This document shows positions 8,876-18,162 of a stretch of 55,521 nucleotides of DNA, one piece after another. The stretch is taken from sequence record SRR2962707_495. One strand, given 5' to 3'. The notes beneath the pieces were generated by a model, which saw nothing but the letters and a program-made list of their open reading frames with translations, was not told the DNA's origin and made no database searches. Numbering within the stretch: the stretch's first letter is position 1; every line of letters starts with the position of its first letter. Position numbers and translations under genes: made by a program.

Positions 8876-9982
8876 ATGGCTAAAATCACTCATTACGGCA
8901 TCATTGGATGCGGCATGATGGGCCAAGAACATTTGCGTAATATTGCGCTGCTGCCAGATACCAGCGTGGTTGCTATTTATGAGCCTGATGCTGAAATGGC
9001 GCTTAAGGCGGCCGAATTTGCACCCAAAGCCGAGTTCTATGACAGCATTGAAAGCCTGCTGGCTGTCGAAGAACTCGACTGCCTTGTGATTGTCAGCCCG
9101 AACCACTGCCATTTAGATCAATTGGAACTGATTGCAGCCATTCGGCCACTGCCATTATTGGTCGAAAAACCATTGTTTACGAACTCAGATGATCTCAGCC
9201 GTTTGAAAGCGTTTCGAGATACCTACCCTCACCCTGTTTGGGTGGCGATGGAATATCGTTATATGCCGCCAATCGCGGCGCTGCGCGAAGCGGTGGACAG
9301 CGCAACTGGCGGCATAAAAGCGCTCACTATTCGTGAGCATCGTTTCCCGTTTCTCAATAAGGTCGGAAATTGGAACCGTTTTAACGCGCAATCTGGCGGT
9401 ACATTTGTTGAAAAATGCTGTCACTTTTTTGATCTGATGCGCCTGCTCACCAAATCTGAACCCACCCATATTATGGCCAGCGCCGGTCAGGACGTAAATC
9501 ATCTTGATGAAGTTTACGATGGCGTACAGTCCGACACATTAGACAATGGCTATGTGATTGTGGACTTTGAAAATGGCATGCGTGCGATGTTGGAATTATG
9601 CATGTTTGCAGAAGGCGCCCGCTATCAAGAAGAAATAAGCGCTGTTGGCCCCAAGGGAAAAATCGAAGCGCTCGTACCTGGCCCAAACCGCTTTTGGCCA
9701 GAACATTTAGGCCCCGCCCCCACGCCGCAATTGATTATAAGCCCACGCCATCCCAAGGGACCAGAAGTACGCGCAATTCAAGTCAATCCAATATTGCTTG
9801 ATGCGGGCGATCATAACGGCTCCACCTTCTATCAACATGAAGGATTTCTAGCCGTTGTGCGCGGTGAGCGCACTGATCCAGAAGTGACACTTGATGATGG
9901 ATGGAAAGCTGTACTTATGGGACTTGCCGCACAACAAAGCGCAGCAACGAAGCAAGTCGTGACCTTGTCGTTTAAGGGTTGA
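8876..9982 (+). CDS. sqgA: Gfo/Idh/MocA-fold protein, probable NAD+-dependent sulfoquinovosidase (GH188, SqgA-like)
   Basis: GxGxxG (GCGMMG), VEKP, MEYRY, HRFPFLNK, EKCCH and GDHNG motifs. Sits in an SMO cluster that has no GH31 gene. Confidence 0.7.
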   Translation: MAKITHYGIIGCGMMGQEHLRNIALLPDTSVVAIYEPDAEMALKAAEFAPKAEFYDSIESLLAVEELDCLVIVSPNHCHLDQLELIAAIRPLPLLVEKPLFTNSDDLSRLKAFRDTYPHPVWVAMEYRYMPPIAALREAVDSATGGIKALTIREHRFPFLNKVGNWNRFNAQSGGTFVEKCCHFFDLMRLLTKSEPTHIMASAGQDVNHLDEVYDGVQSDTLDNGYVIVDFENGMRAMLELCMFAEGARYQEEISAVGPKGKIEALVPGPNRFWPEHLGPAPTPQLIISPRHPKGPEVRAIQVNPILLDAGDHNGSTFYQHEGFLAVVRGERTDPEVTLDDGWKAVLMGLAAQQSAATKQVVTLSFKG

Positions 9983-10027
9983 TTGTCAGATGCCACCGTT
10001 TCAGCGTTCCGCCATGAAACTTTGCGT

Positions 10028-10417
10028 TTAACGTCTTTTTCTGCCGCGCAAATATCGACCAAGAACAAATGCGGCGGTGAACGCAATGACGGTATTATTA
10101 TCTGAAAGACCTGCGCCATTTTCTGTCATCGGCTTTTCAAGAATGGGCGCTTGTGCCGGTTTTGATAAAACACGCGCGGCGCTAATAAGAAAAATTGCGG
10201 CGAGCACAATGAACCCAATACCAATATAAAGAGCCGCCATTTTCGGCCCTATTTCTGCCTCAAGCGCTAAAAATCCAAAAGCTGTGATAAATCCCAGCCC
10301 TACCAATACGACCAGAAAACTGATCGACAACAGCATGAATGTAACGGCCACTTTGCTAGCGCGACGTTTTGCGTCGCGCTTCGCGGTTTTTAACAGTGTA
10401 TCAAGAATGGATATCAC
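10028..10417 (-). CDS. Two-TM membrane protein, holin-X/YqjE-like
   Basis: Two hydrophobic helices. GTG start overlaps the DUF883 stop (GTGA). This pairing with DUF883 is typical. Confidence 0.65.
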   Translation of the reverse strand: MISILDTLLKTAKRDAKRRASKVAVTFMLLSISFLVVLVGLGFITAFGFLALEAEIGPKMAALYIGIGFIVLAAIFLISAARVLSKPAQAPILEKPMTENGAGLSDNNTVIAFTAAFVLGRYLRGRKRR

Positions 10418-10719
10418 CGGCGTGACAATGCGCCAACGAGTAGACCTGTACCAACGGCAAGGCCGATGGCGAGCCACGGATGGGCAGCAACAGAGCCTTC
10501 CAATTGTGCTTCGGCTGATTTACCCGTGCGTTCCGCATATTGCTTGGCCTCAGCAAAACCTTCTTCGATTTCAGCGACCAGACCATTTGTGCGGCGGCCA
10601 GCTGCGCCAGACACTGTATCGACAAGCTTTGCCATATCTTCGCGCAATGCGGCCAGTTGGCGACCGACTTCATCAATATCCAGTGCGGCAGCATTGGCGG
10701 CGTTTGTTTCATTTTTCAT
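10414..10719 (-). CDS. DUF883 / ElaB-YqjD family tail-anchored protein
   Basis: Coiled N-terminus (QLAALREDMAKL) and C-terminal HPWLAIGLAVGTGLLVGALSRR anchor. Confidence 0.85.
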   Translation of the reverse strand: MKNETNAANAAALDIDEVGRQLAALREDMAKLVDTVSGAAGRRTNGLVAEIEEGFAEAKQYAERTGKSAEAQLEGSVAAHPWLAIGLAVGTGLLVGALSRR

Positions 10720-10767
10720 CTAATTATCCTTGGGTTTGGGAGGGCTTAATTGCCATCTTAATTTTGA

Positions 10768-11187
10768 CTATACGCAGACTGTTTTAGCGGCAGGCTCTGT
10801 TGGCTCGCCGGCATACACTTCTTTAGACGCATCGGCCTCAGCTTTGGTTTTCTGAACCAATTGATCCATATGATGAGGCGGGCTGTAGATTGTATAAAGT
10901 TTCAGGGCTTCATGTCCGGTGCAAATGACATTGTGGTGCGCACAAGCGGGCACGATGATGCCATCGCCAGCTTTTATCTTGTGGGTATTGCCGTCAATTA
11001 TTAAGCGGCCCTCGCCTGCTTCAATCCTGAAAAATTGATCTGCTTCCTGATGCACTTCGCCGCCCAGTTCTTGGCCTGGCTCAACCGACATGAGAACTAA
11101 TTGCATCTTAGTACCTGAATAAAGCACTTGGCGAAAATTCGTGTTTTTTTCAGTTAGTTCTTCGATTTTCCCAACATATCCAATCAT
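10768..11187 (-). CDS. Cupin-domain protein
   Basis: NFRQVLYSG, EVH...DQFFRIEAG, HHNV and LYTIYSPPHH. GAGGAG RBS before ATG 11187. Confidence 0.88.
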   Translation of the reverse strand: MIGYVGKIEELTEKNTNFRQVLYSGTKMQLVLMSVEPGQELGGEVHQEADQFFRIEAGEGRLIIDGNTHKIKAGDGIIVPACAHHNVICTGHEALKLYTIYSPPHHMDQLVQKTKAEADASKEVYAGEPTEPAAKTVCV

Positions 11188-11260
11188 CCTAGCTCTCCTC
11201 GAACCAATTACCTGAAATGGCAATGATGGTTCAAATCTAGCAAGTCTAGCGCGGCGCGCA

Positions 11261-11274
11261 CTGATCGGGATTAG
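11261..11274. promoter_or_regulatory. FixK/Fnr-like box upstream of the cupin operon
   Basis: CTGAT-CGGG-ATTAG, a near match to YTGAT-N4-ATCAR. Confidence 0.4.
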
Positions 11275-11379
11275 CTGCCAAAACTTTTCGATTTGCGAAA
11301 TTTAGTTGGCGCTTGGCGGATTGCAAACGCAATTTGCCGATCAAAACCATTGCGCGCAATAATTTTAATCAGCGCTCGA

Positions 11380-11393
11380 CTGATGTTGATCAG
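11380..11393. promoter_or_regulatory. FixK/Fnr-like box upstream of the small hypothetical gene
   Basis: Palindromic CTGAT-GTTG-ATCAG. Confidence 0.5.
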
Positions 11394-11479
11394 CACGGCA
11401 CCGCTCAAATTTTGAAACTCTCGCGTTTGAATAGCCGCATAATTTATAATGAATCATACGAATGAGAAGGCGAAACAAC

Positions 11480-11716
11480 ATGTCAGCCTACGAAAAATAT
11501 TCCGGAATAGCGGCACTATCAATTTGCGAATCCTTGCTGCTCGCATTGAATGACGCGCATATTCTTCCCGAAACTGAAATCATGGGTATCCTAAAGGATG
11601 CTGCTGGCGCGCACGAAAATGCTGACGTTGATAAAGCCGATCCAGACATGCACAGGAGCGTGGCGGCACTGATCAATCAGATCATTGATGGTGGTAATTC
11701 AGTTCGCCGAACTTAA
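11480..11716 (+). CDS. Small conserved-looking hypothetical protein (78 aa)
   Basis: GIAALSICESLLLALND...GGNSVRR. AAGG RBS before ATG 11480. Fills the gap between divergent and convergent genes. Confidence 0.75.
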   Translation: MSAYEKYSGIAALSICESLLLALNDAHILPETEIMGILKDAAGAHENADVDKADPDMHRSVAALINQIIDGGNSVRRT

Positions 11717-11739
11717 TGAACCTCACCTTACTCGCGCAT

Positions 11740-13833
11740 TTAATCGTTAGCGGCCTGCACTGTTTTTGCGGCCTCGTCTTGAGACTTTAGAAACTTTGCA
11801 GCGGCCTCTGGCGCAAGCGGCCTTGAATGGTAATAACCTTGCAGATAATGGCATCCATACTGACGGAGAAGCTCTCTTTGTCCGGCTGTTTCTACGCCTT
11901 CGGCTACAACTTGAAGGCCAAGTCGATGCGCGAGCATGATAACGCCATCCACAAGCGCTCGGGCACCTTTGTCGCCCTCCAGAAACTGCACGAAGCTTTT
12001 GTCAATTTTGATTTTGTCGACATGAAAAGAACTAAGGTGAGAAAGCGAAGAAAAGCCCGTTCCAAAATCATCAAGCGCGATCTGTACACCAATTTCTTTT
12101 AGCTTGCTGAGCACTTTTGCGACAGTTTCTGTCGATCTGCCAATTAACGCGGTTTCTGTAATCTCAACGATAATATCTTCCGGCGGCGTTTCATTTTTAA
12201 CAAGCATCATTTGCAAATTTTCGGCAAATCTGGGTACGCACAGCTCAGGTGCGACAACATTGATCGCAATTTTCTTAGGGGCAAGTCCCTGCTCCACCAT
12301 CATGCGCCGAGCCGCCATCGCTTTTTCTCTTACAACATTGCCAATGGATGTGATCAGGCCAAGTTCTTCGGCCAACGGTATAAAATCGTCCGGTGGGACA
12401 GACTTGCCATTGTCATAAAGGCGCACAAGAATCTCAAACCCGTGATGCTCGAATGTTTGAACATTGCAGAATGGTTGCATAACGATCTCAAAACCGTCGT
12501 TTTCGAGCGCATTAATTATTATCGCTTTAAGTTGCTTGCGATATTCCATCTTGCTCAAGACAGATGGATCAAAAAAACAGACTTGGTTGCGCCCATTGTG
12601 CTTGGCTTCATAGAGAGTGACGTCTGCATTGATCATCAAACCTTCCAAGGTTTCTGAATCCCGAGGAAATTGAGTTACGCCCATCGAAAATGATGGCGCA
12701 TAGACGATATCTAAAATCGAAAGCGGCCCGCTGGCCATACTTTTCATTTTGTTGACGAAACCCTCGTGATCCTCACCAGCAACGCTAGAGGGGATCAACA
12801 TTGCAAATTCGTCTCCGCCAATGCGTGCGACGATACAATCTAGTCCGCCTAAACTCTTGAGCCTATTTGAGACTTCTTGCAAAAGAAGATCACCATAATG
12901 ATGGCCAAAAGAATCGTTAAACTCCTTAAAATGATCAAGATCTATCATAACAACGAGCATATACTCGCAGTCTTGCGGCTTAGGCGTTTCGGTCACGTGC
13001 TCTTTAAGGTCCTGAACAAACTTTTCACGGTTCACAAGCCCAGTAAGCATATCGGTTTCTGCGATATGCCGCAGATCATCTTCTAGAGACTTGCGGTCCG
13101 TGATTTCATAGCGAATTGAAGCATATCGCACTATTTCGCCCTCAAGACCGTGAACAGGCACTATCGTCGTATCTACCCAGTAGTGCGTGCCTGTCTTAGA
13201 GATATTACAAACATCACCGTGCCACGTTTTTCCCGATTTAATTGTTTGCCACAAATCGCGAAAAAATCCTGGTTCATGCGTTCCTGAGTTAATGATGCGA
13301 TGGGTTTTTCCAATTAACTCATCATTGCGAAAGCCACTAATGGAGCTAAATTTGGCATTCGCATATACAATGATGCCGCTCGCATCTGTTACAGAGATAA
13401 TCGCTTGTTGATCGAGCGCCTGCTGATAGGCTTTAAAATCGATACTCTCCTGCGCATGGATGCGTTGCGCTGTCACTTCTCTTTGTGTGGCAACGAAATT
13501 GGTCAGTTCGCCATTATCATCAAATAGAGGATTGATATTGACTTCAGAAATATAATCTCTGCCAGATTTGGTGTAATTTATGATATCGACAGTGCAATTG
13601 CTTTCCGTTGCTATTGCATCGGCGATCTTCTTTTTACTTTCGTCCGTAGTTTTTTCACCTTGAAGAACATCTCCAGGGCGCTTGCCTAAGAGTTCCTCTA
13701 GTTCATATCCACAGATGCGTGTGAAAGCAGGGTTAATCCAAACAACTTCGCCAATTGCGTCGGTCAGTACGATACCGTCGCTAACATGATCGACAATCAG
13801 CTTAGCCATAAGGCCCGTTTCTGGTTCAGGCAT
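11740..13833 (-). CDS. PAS-PAS-GGDEF-EAL diguanylate cyclase/phosphodiesterase
   Basis: Two PAS/PAC domains, RIGGDEF, EIL (EAL variant), DDFGTGFSS, KIDKSF, AEGVET and LQGYY. Start is ATG 13833 or TTG 13860. Confidence 0.93.
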   Translation of the reverse strand: MPEPETGLMAKLIVDHVSDGIVLTDAIGEVVWINPAFTRICGYELEELLGKRPGDVLQGEKTTDESKKKIADAIATESNCTVDIINYTKSGRDYISEVNINPLFDDNGELTNFVATQREVTAQRIHAQESIDFKAYQQALDQQAIISVTDASGIIVYANAKFSSISGFRNDELIGKTHRIINSGTHEPGFFRDLWQTIKSGKTWHGDVCNISKTGTHYWVDTTIVPVHGLEGEIVRYASIRYEITDRKSLEDDLRHIAETDMLTGLVNREKFVQDLKEHVTETPKPQDCEYMLVVMIDLDHFKEFNDSFGHHYGDLLLQEVSNRLKSLGGLDCIVARIGGDEFAMLIPSSVAGEDHEGFVNKMKSMASGPLSILDIVYAPSFSMGVTQFPRDSETLEGLMINADVTLYEAKHNGRNQVCFFDPSVLSKMEYRKQLKAIIINALENDGFEIVMQPFCNVQTFEHHGFEILVRLYDNGKSVPPDDFIPLAEELGLITSIGNVVREKAMAARRMMVEQGLAPKKIAINVVAPELCVPRFAENLQMMLVKNETPPEDIIVEITETALIGRSTETVAKVLSKLKEIGVQIALDDFGTGFSSLSHLSSFHVDKIKIDKSFVQFLEGDKGARALVDGVIMLAHRLGLQVVAEGVETAGQRELLRQYGCHYLQGYYHSRPLAPEAAAKFLKSQDEAAKTVQAAND

Positions 13834-14191
13834 CTGATAGGCTTTCTTTTCTAGTTGCAATTTAGTTCAAAAAACACCGTCCTGTTACCAGTTACATGAG
13901 ACGAATATCTATCTAAATTATACAACAGTTCACTCAACAGATTCTTAAATAGGATGCTCTGCATGCGATGTTGAATGCGCGGCACTATCAAAGTCATCTT
14001 TCCAAAAGAAAAATCAAATAGTGACGTTGCGTCAACGCTGCAAGAAAAGGGCTGCAATTGTCAAGTATATTAACAAGCTGCCCGATGATATGAATATAAC
14101 TTGCTGCCTAAATTTTTAAAATTCTGATTACTAGAATATTAAAAAATATCGATCTTTAGGCAGTTAGTTAGCGATCACAGATCCCAATGCT

Positions 14192-15403
<1,212 letters not shown>

Positions 15404-15455
15404 TTATGTAAAATGACTTTTTTAGATTTTAACTTTCCAAAAAGGCAAGTATCTA

Positions 15456-16376
15456 ATGGATCGGCGTATCAAGTTTCGGCATCTGCAGGCATTTGTGGGC
15501 ATCGCGCGGGCCAAGAGCCTAAAGCGCGCCGGCGAACAGTTGAATTTGACCCAGCCCGCCATTTCAAAAACGCTGAAAGATCTCGAAGCAATACTGGATG
15601 TCTCGCTTATGGAGCGCGGGCGGGCGGGTATTAAACTGACACCCGCAGGCGATGTATTTTTACAATATGCTGAGCAAAGCCTTGCCGCGCTGCAAAGCGG
15701 CTTAACCAGCATTAAAACAATTGGAACAACCGATGGCCCTATTATCACCATTGGCAGTTTGCCCAGCGTCACGAACGGTCTTTTACCAAAAGCGCTGCTG
15801 ACGTTTCGGGCAATGGCACCTGATGCAGTGGTTCGGGTAACCGAAGGGCCGCATGATTATCTAACCGACCGCCTGCGCGCAGGAGAATTAGAGCTGGCTA
15901 TTGGCCGTCTAGGCATGCCAGACAGCATGGTCGGCCTATCGTTCACGCAGCTTTACTCAGAAGATGTTGCAATCGTGACTGCACCCAACCACCCCTTAGC
16001 AAAGGCGACACAGCTCGACCAATTGCAAGGATTTCCGGTCGTCTACCCGCCGCAAAATTCCGCCATTAGGCCGCTGGTCGCGCGGATGATGATCGCGTCA
16101 GGCTTGCCGCTTTTTGCTGATCGCATTGAAAGCTCATCGGCGGCGTTTGGCGAAGCGATGGTTATGGGGCCGAGCCGCGCCATCTGGTTTATTTCGCGCG
16201 GCGTTGTTCAAGGCGATTTGGCAGCAGGTAATCTTGTTGCGCTTGATATTGAAACAAAGCCGACGCTTGGTCCGGTTGGCATTATGGCGCGGTCAGAAGA
16301 AATGCCCGGACCGATTGTGCATCTTTTCAGGCAAAGCCTAATTGATGCCGCTGGTTCCTCGGCCCAGCGGGCTTAA
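15456..16376 (+). CDS. pcaQ: LysR-type pca regulator PcaQ
   Basis: MDRRIKFRHLQAF...LTQPAISKTLKDLE N-terminus and IWFISRGVV, typical of PcaQ. Divergent from pobA. Confidence 0.85.
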   Translation: MDRRIKFRHLQAFVGIARAKSLKRAGEQLNLTQPAISKTLKDLEAILDVSLMERGRAGIKLTPAGDVFLQYAEQSLAALQSGLTSIKTIGTTDGPIITIGSLPSVTNGLLPKALLTFRAMAPDAVVRVTEGPHDYLTDRLRAGELELAIGRLGMPDSMVGLSFTQLYSEDVAIVTAPNHPLAKATQLDQLQGFPVVYPPQNSAIRPLVARMMIASGLPLFADRIESSSAAFGEAMVMGPSRAIWFISRGVVQGDLAAGNLVALDIETKPTLGPVGIMARSEEMPGPIVHLFRQSLIDAAGSSAQRA

Positions 16377-16532
16377 ATTTTAAATCGCAATAAAAGCATT
16401 AGCGCAGAGCTGCCTCGATATTGTCCCGACATGAACGCTGAAAATTGGCAGCCATTGCTAAGAGCGAGCGCGCTGCGATAAGTTCTATGAACTGTTTGGT
16501 TCATGTGGACTGTTTTTAAATGGAGGTGAATT

Positions 16533-16982
16533 TTGCTAAAAAATATCGATCCGCGCATGACACCGGAATTAATGGACTGCCTTATTCGCTTAGGCCACGG
16601 CGATGAGATTGTGATCGCAGATCGCAATTATCCTGCAGTGTCCACAGCTGACCATTGCATCATGCCGGATGTGATCCGTTTACCGGGCATGTCAGCAACG
16701 CAGGTTGTCGAGCTAATTACACAGCTCATGCCTATCGACGATTTCCATGATTATGGTGCGTTGCGCATGGAGGTGGATAATGCACCTGATAAGGTGGAAG
16801 AGGTTCACGCGGAAGTCTTCGCTGCACTCGATAAGGTCAAACCTGAGGGCGCGCACTTAAAGAGTATTGAGCGTCAGGCTTTTTATGCTCATGCAAAGAA
16901 TTGTTTTGCTGTTATCGCCTGCTCGGAAGATCGTCCTTTTGGCTGTTTCATATTGCGAATGGGCGTTGTGTTTCCTGAATGA
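16533..16982 (+). CDS. RbsD/FucU-family sugar mutarotase/pyranase
   Basis: MLKNID...LGHGDEIVIADRNYP, ERQAFY and FILRMGV. TTG start after GGAGG. Confidence 0.88.
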   Translation: MLKNIDPRMTPELMDCLIRLGHGDEIVIADRNYPAVSTADHCIMPDVIRLPGMSATQVVELITQLMPIDDFHDYGALRMEVDNAPDKVEEVHAEVFAALDKVKPEGAHLKSIERQAFYAHAKNCFAVIACSEDRPFGCFILRMGVVFPE

Positions 16983-17458
16983 TTGTTAGGTCCATAAACA
17001 CGTGAATTGATTGATCCAAAACAGCATTTTTAGGGGCGCCATGCCGCAACGGCATCTATTCATTTATAATACATAGCAACATATTTTTTAAAATTCGGCT
17101 TGCGCGTCGCATTTTGTTGAGTCATCCTTGCGGCACACGCCAACTCGAATCCAAATCGGAAATTTCTCGTTTTTAGAGGGGTGAGAGGCTAAAAGAAATA
17201 TTAAATTCAACATGTGTTTGTCACGCTAGGATGCGATTAAACGTATAATCGCAGTTTAGTTAGACAGAAATCCGTTGAAATATATTTTGGCAATGTGATG
17301 CGAAAGCAGAACGCGCAATAAGCCGACACAGCTCAATTAATGTGAAATTTCGCGAAAGCAAACAGCCAAATTCATTGCTTGCAGTGCGCAAAATTTCCAA
17401 ATCGGCAAAATCATTTTTGCCGATAGGATTAGTGTTTTAAACGATAAGGGAAACAACC

Positions 17459-18160
17459 ATGAGCGATATGCCCGGACGTCCCTCACGGCGCGGATTCTTA
17501 AAAGGATCTGTTGCAGGTGTGGCTTTAATGTCTGTGACTGCGTCATCAAAGGCGCAAAATAATCAAGATGATCTACCTCTTGATCAATATAAGCCGATAT
17601 ATCTCAATGCGGATGAGTGGGCCTTCGTCATGGCTGCTTGCGACCGGCTCATTCCTTCAACGGGAAATGGGCCTGGCGCACTCGATTGCCGCGTTCCGAT
17701 TTTTATCGACCAGCAATTGGCAGGCGAATTTGGCAAAGCCGAAACATGGTATATGGAAGGGCCTTATGCGCCCGATGCCGACCCCAAGCTTGGCTTCCAA
17801 AGCCCTTTCGGTCCTGCTGAAATTTATCGCCGCGCTATCCCGCTTTTCCAAGAATGGTGCCAAAACAATCAAGGCGATAGTTTTGAAGCGCTTGATGCAG
17901 CCAAGCAAGACTCAGCCCTTACAGCCCTACAAAAAGGCGATGTAAAACTACCTGCAGAGCTGCGCGATTTCTTCTCATTCTTACTTGCCAACACCAAAGA
18001 AGGCTATTTTGCTGATCCTCTATATGGCGGGAATTACCAGATGCAATCTTGGGTCTATATCGGATTTCCGGGCGCGCGCGGCGCTTATACGGAGTGGGTC
18101 GGACGCGAAAACGCAGAATATCCACTCGGACCAGTCGCACTGAGCGGAGAGAGGGCATAA
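17459..18160 (+). CDS. Gluconate 2-dehydrogenase small (gamma) subunit with Tat signal
   Basis: SRRGFLK twin-arginine signal, EGYFADPLYGGN and IGFPGAR. Confidence 0.9.
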   Translation: MSDMPGRPSRRGFLKGSVAGVALMSVTASSKAQNNQDDLPLDQYKPIYLNADEWAFVMAACDRLIPSTGNGPGALDCRVPIFIDQQLAGEFGKAETWYMEGPYAPDADPKLGFQSPFGPAEIYRRAIPLFQEWCQNNQGDSFEALDAAKQDSALTALQKGDVKLPAELRDFFSFLLANTKEGYFADPLYGGNYQMQSWVYIGFPGARGAYTEWVGRENAEYPLGPVALSGERA

Positions 18161-18162
18161 TC

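Noticed and set aside
10028-10417. Holin-like gene as a sign of a prophage
   Set aside because: No endolysin, integrase or structural genes nearby. This family pairs with DUF883 in non-phage stress loci.
13480-13800. LOV blue-light sensor in PAS1 of the GGDEF-EAL protein
   Set aside because: The GxNCRFLQ motif reads GKRPGDVLQ, with no cysteine.
17289-17302. Sigma-54 promoter upstream of the dehydrogenase operon (TGGCAATGTGATGC)
   Set aside because: GG-to-GC spacing is 9 nt rather than the required 10.
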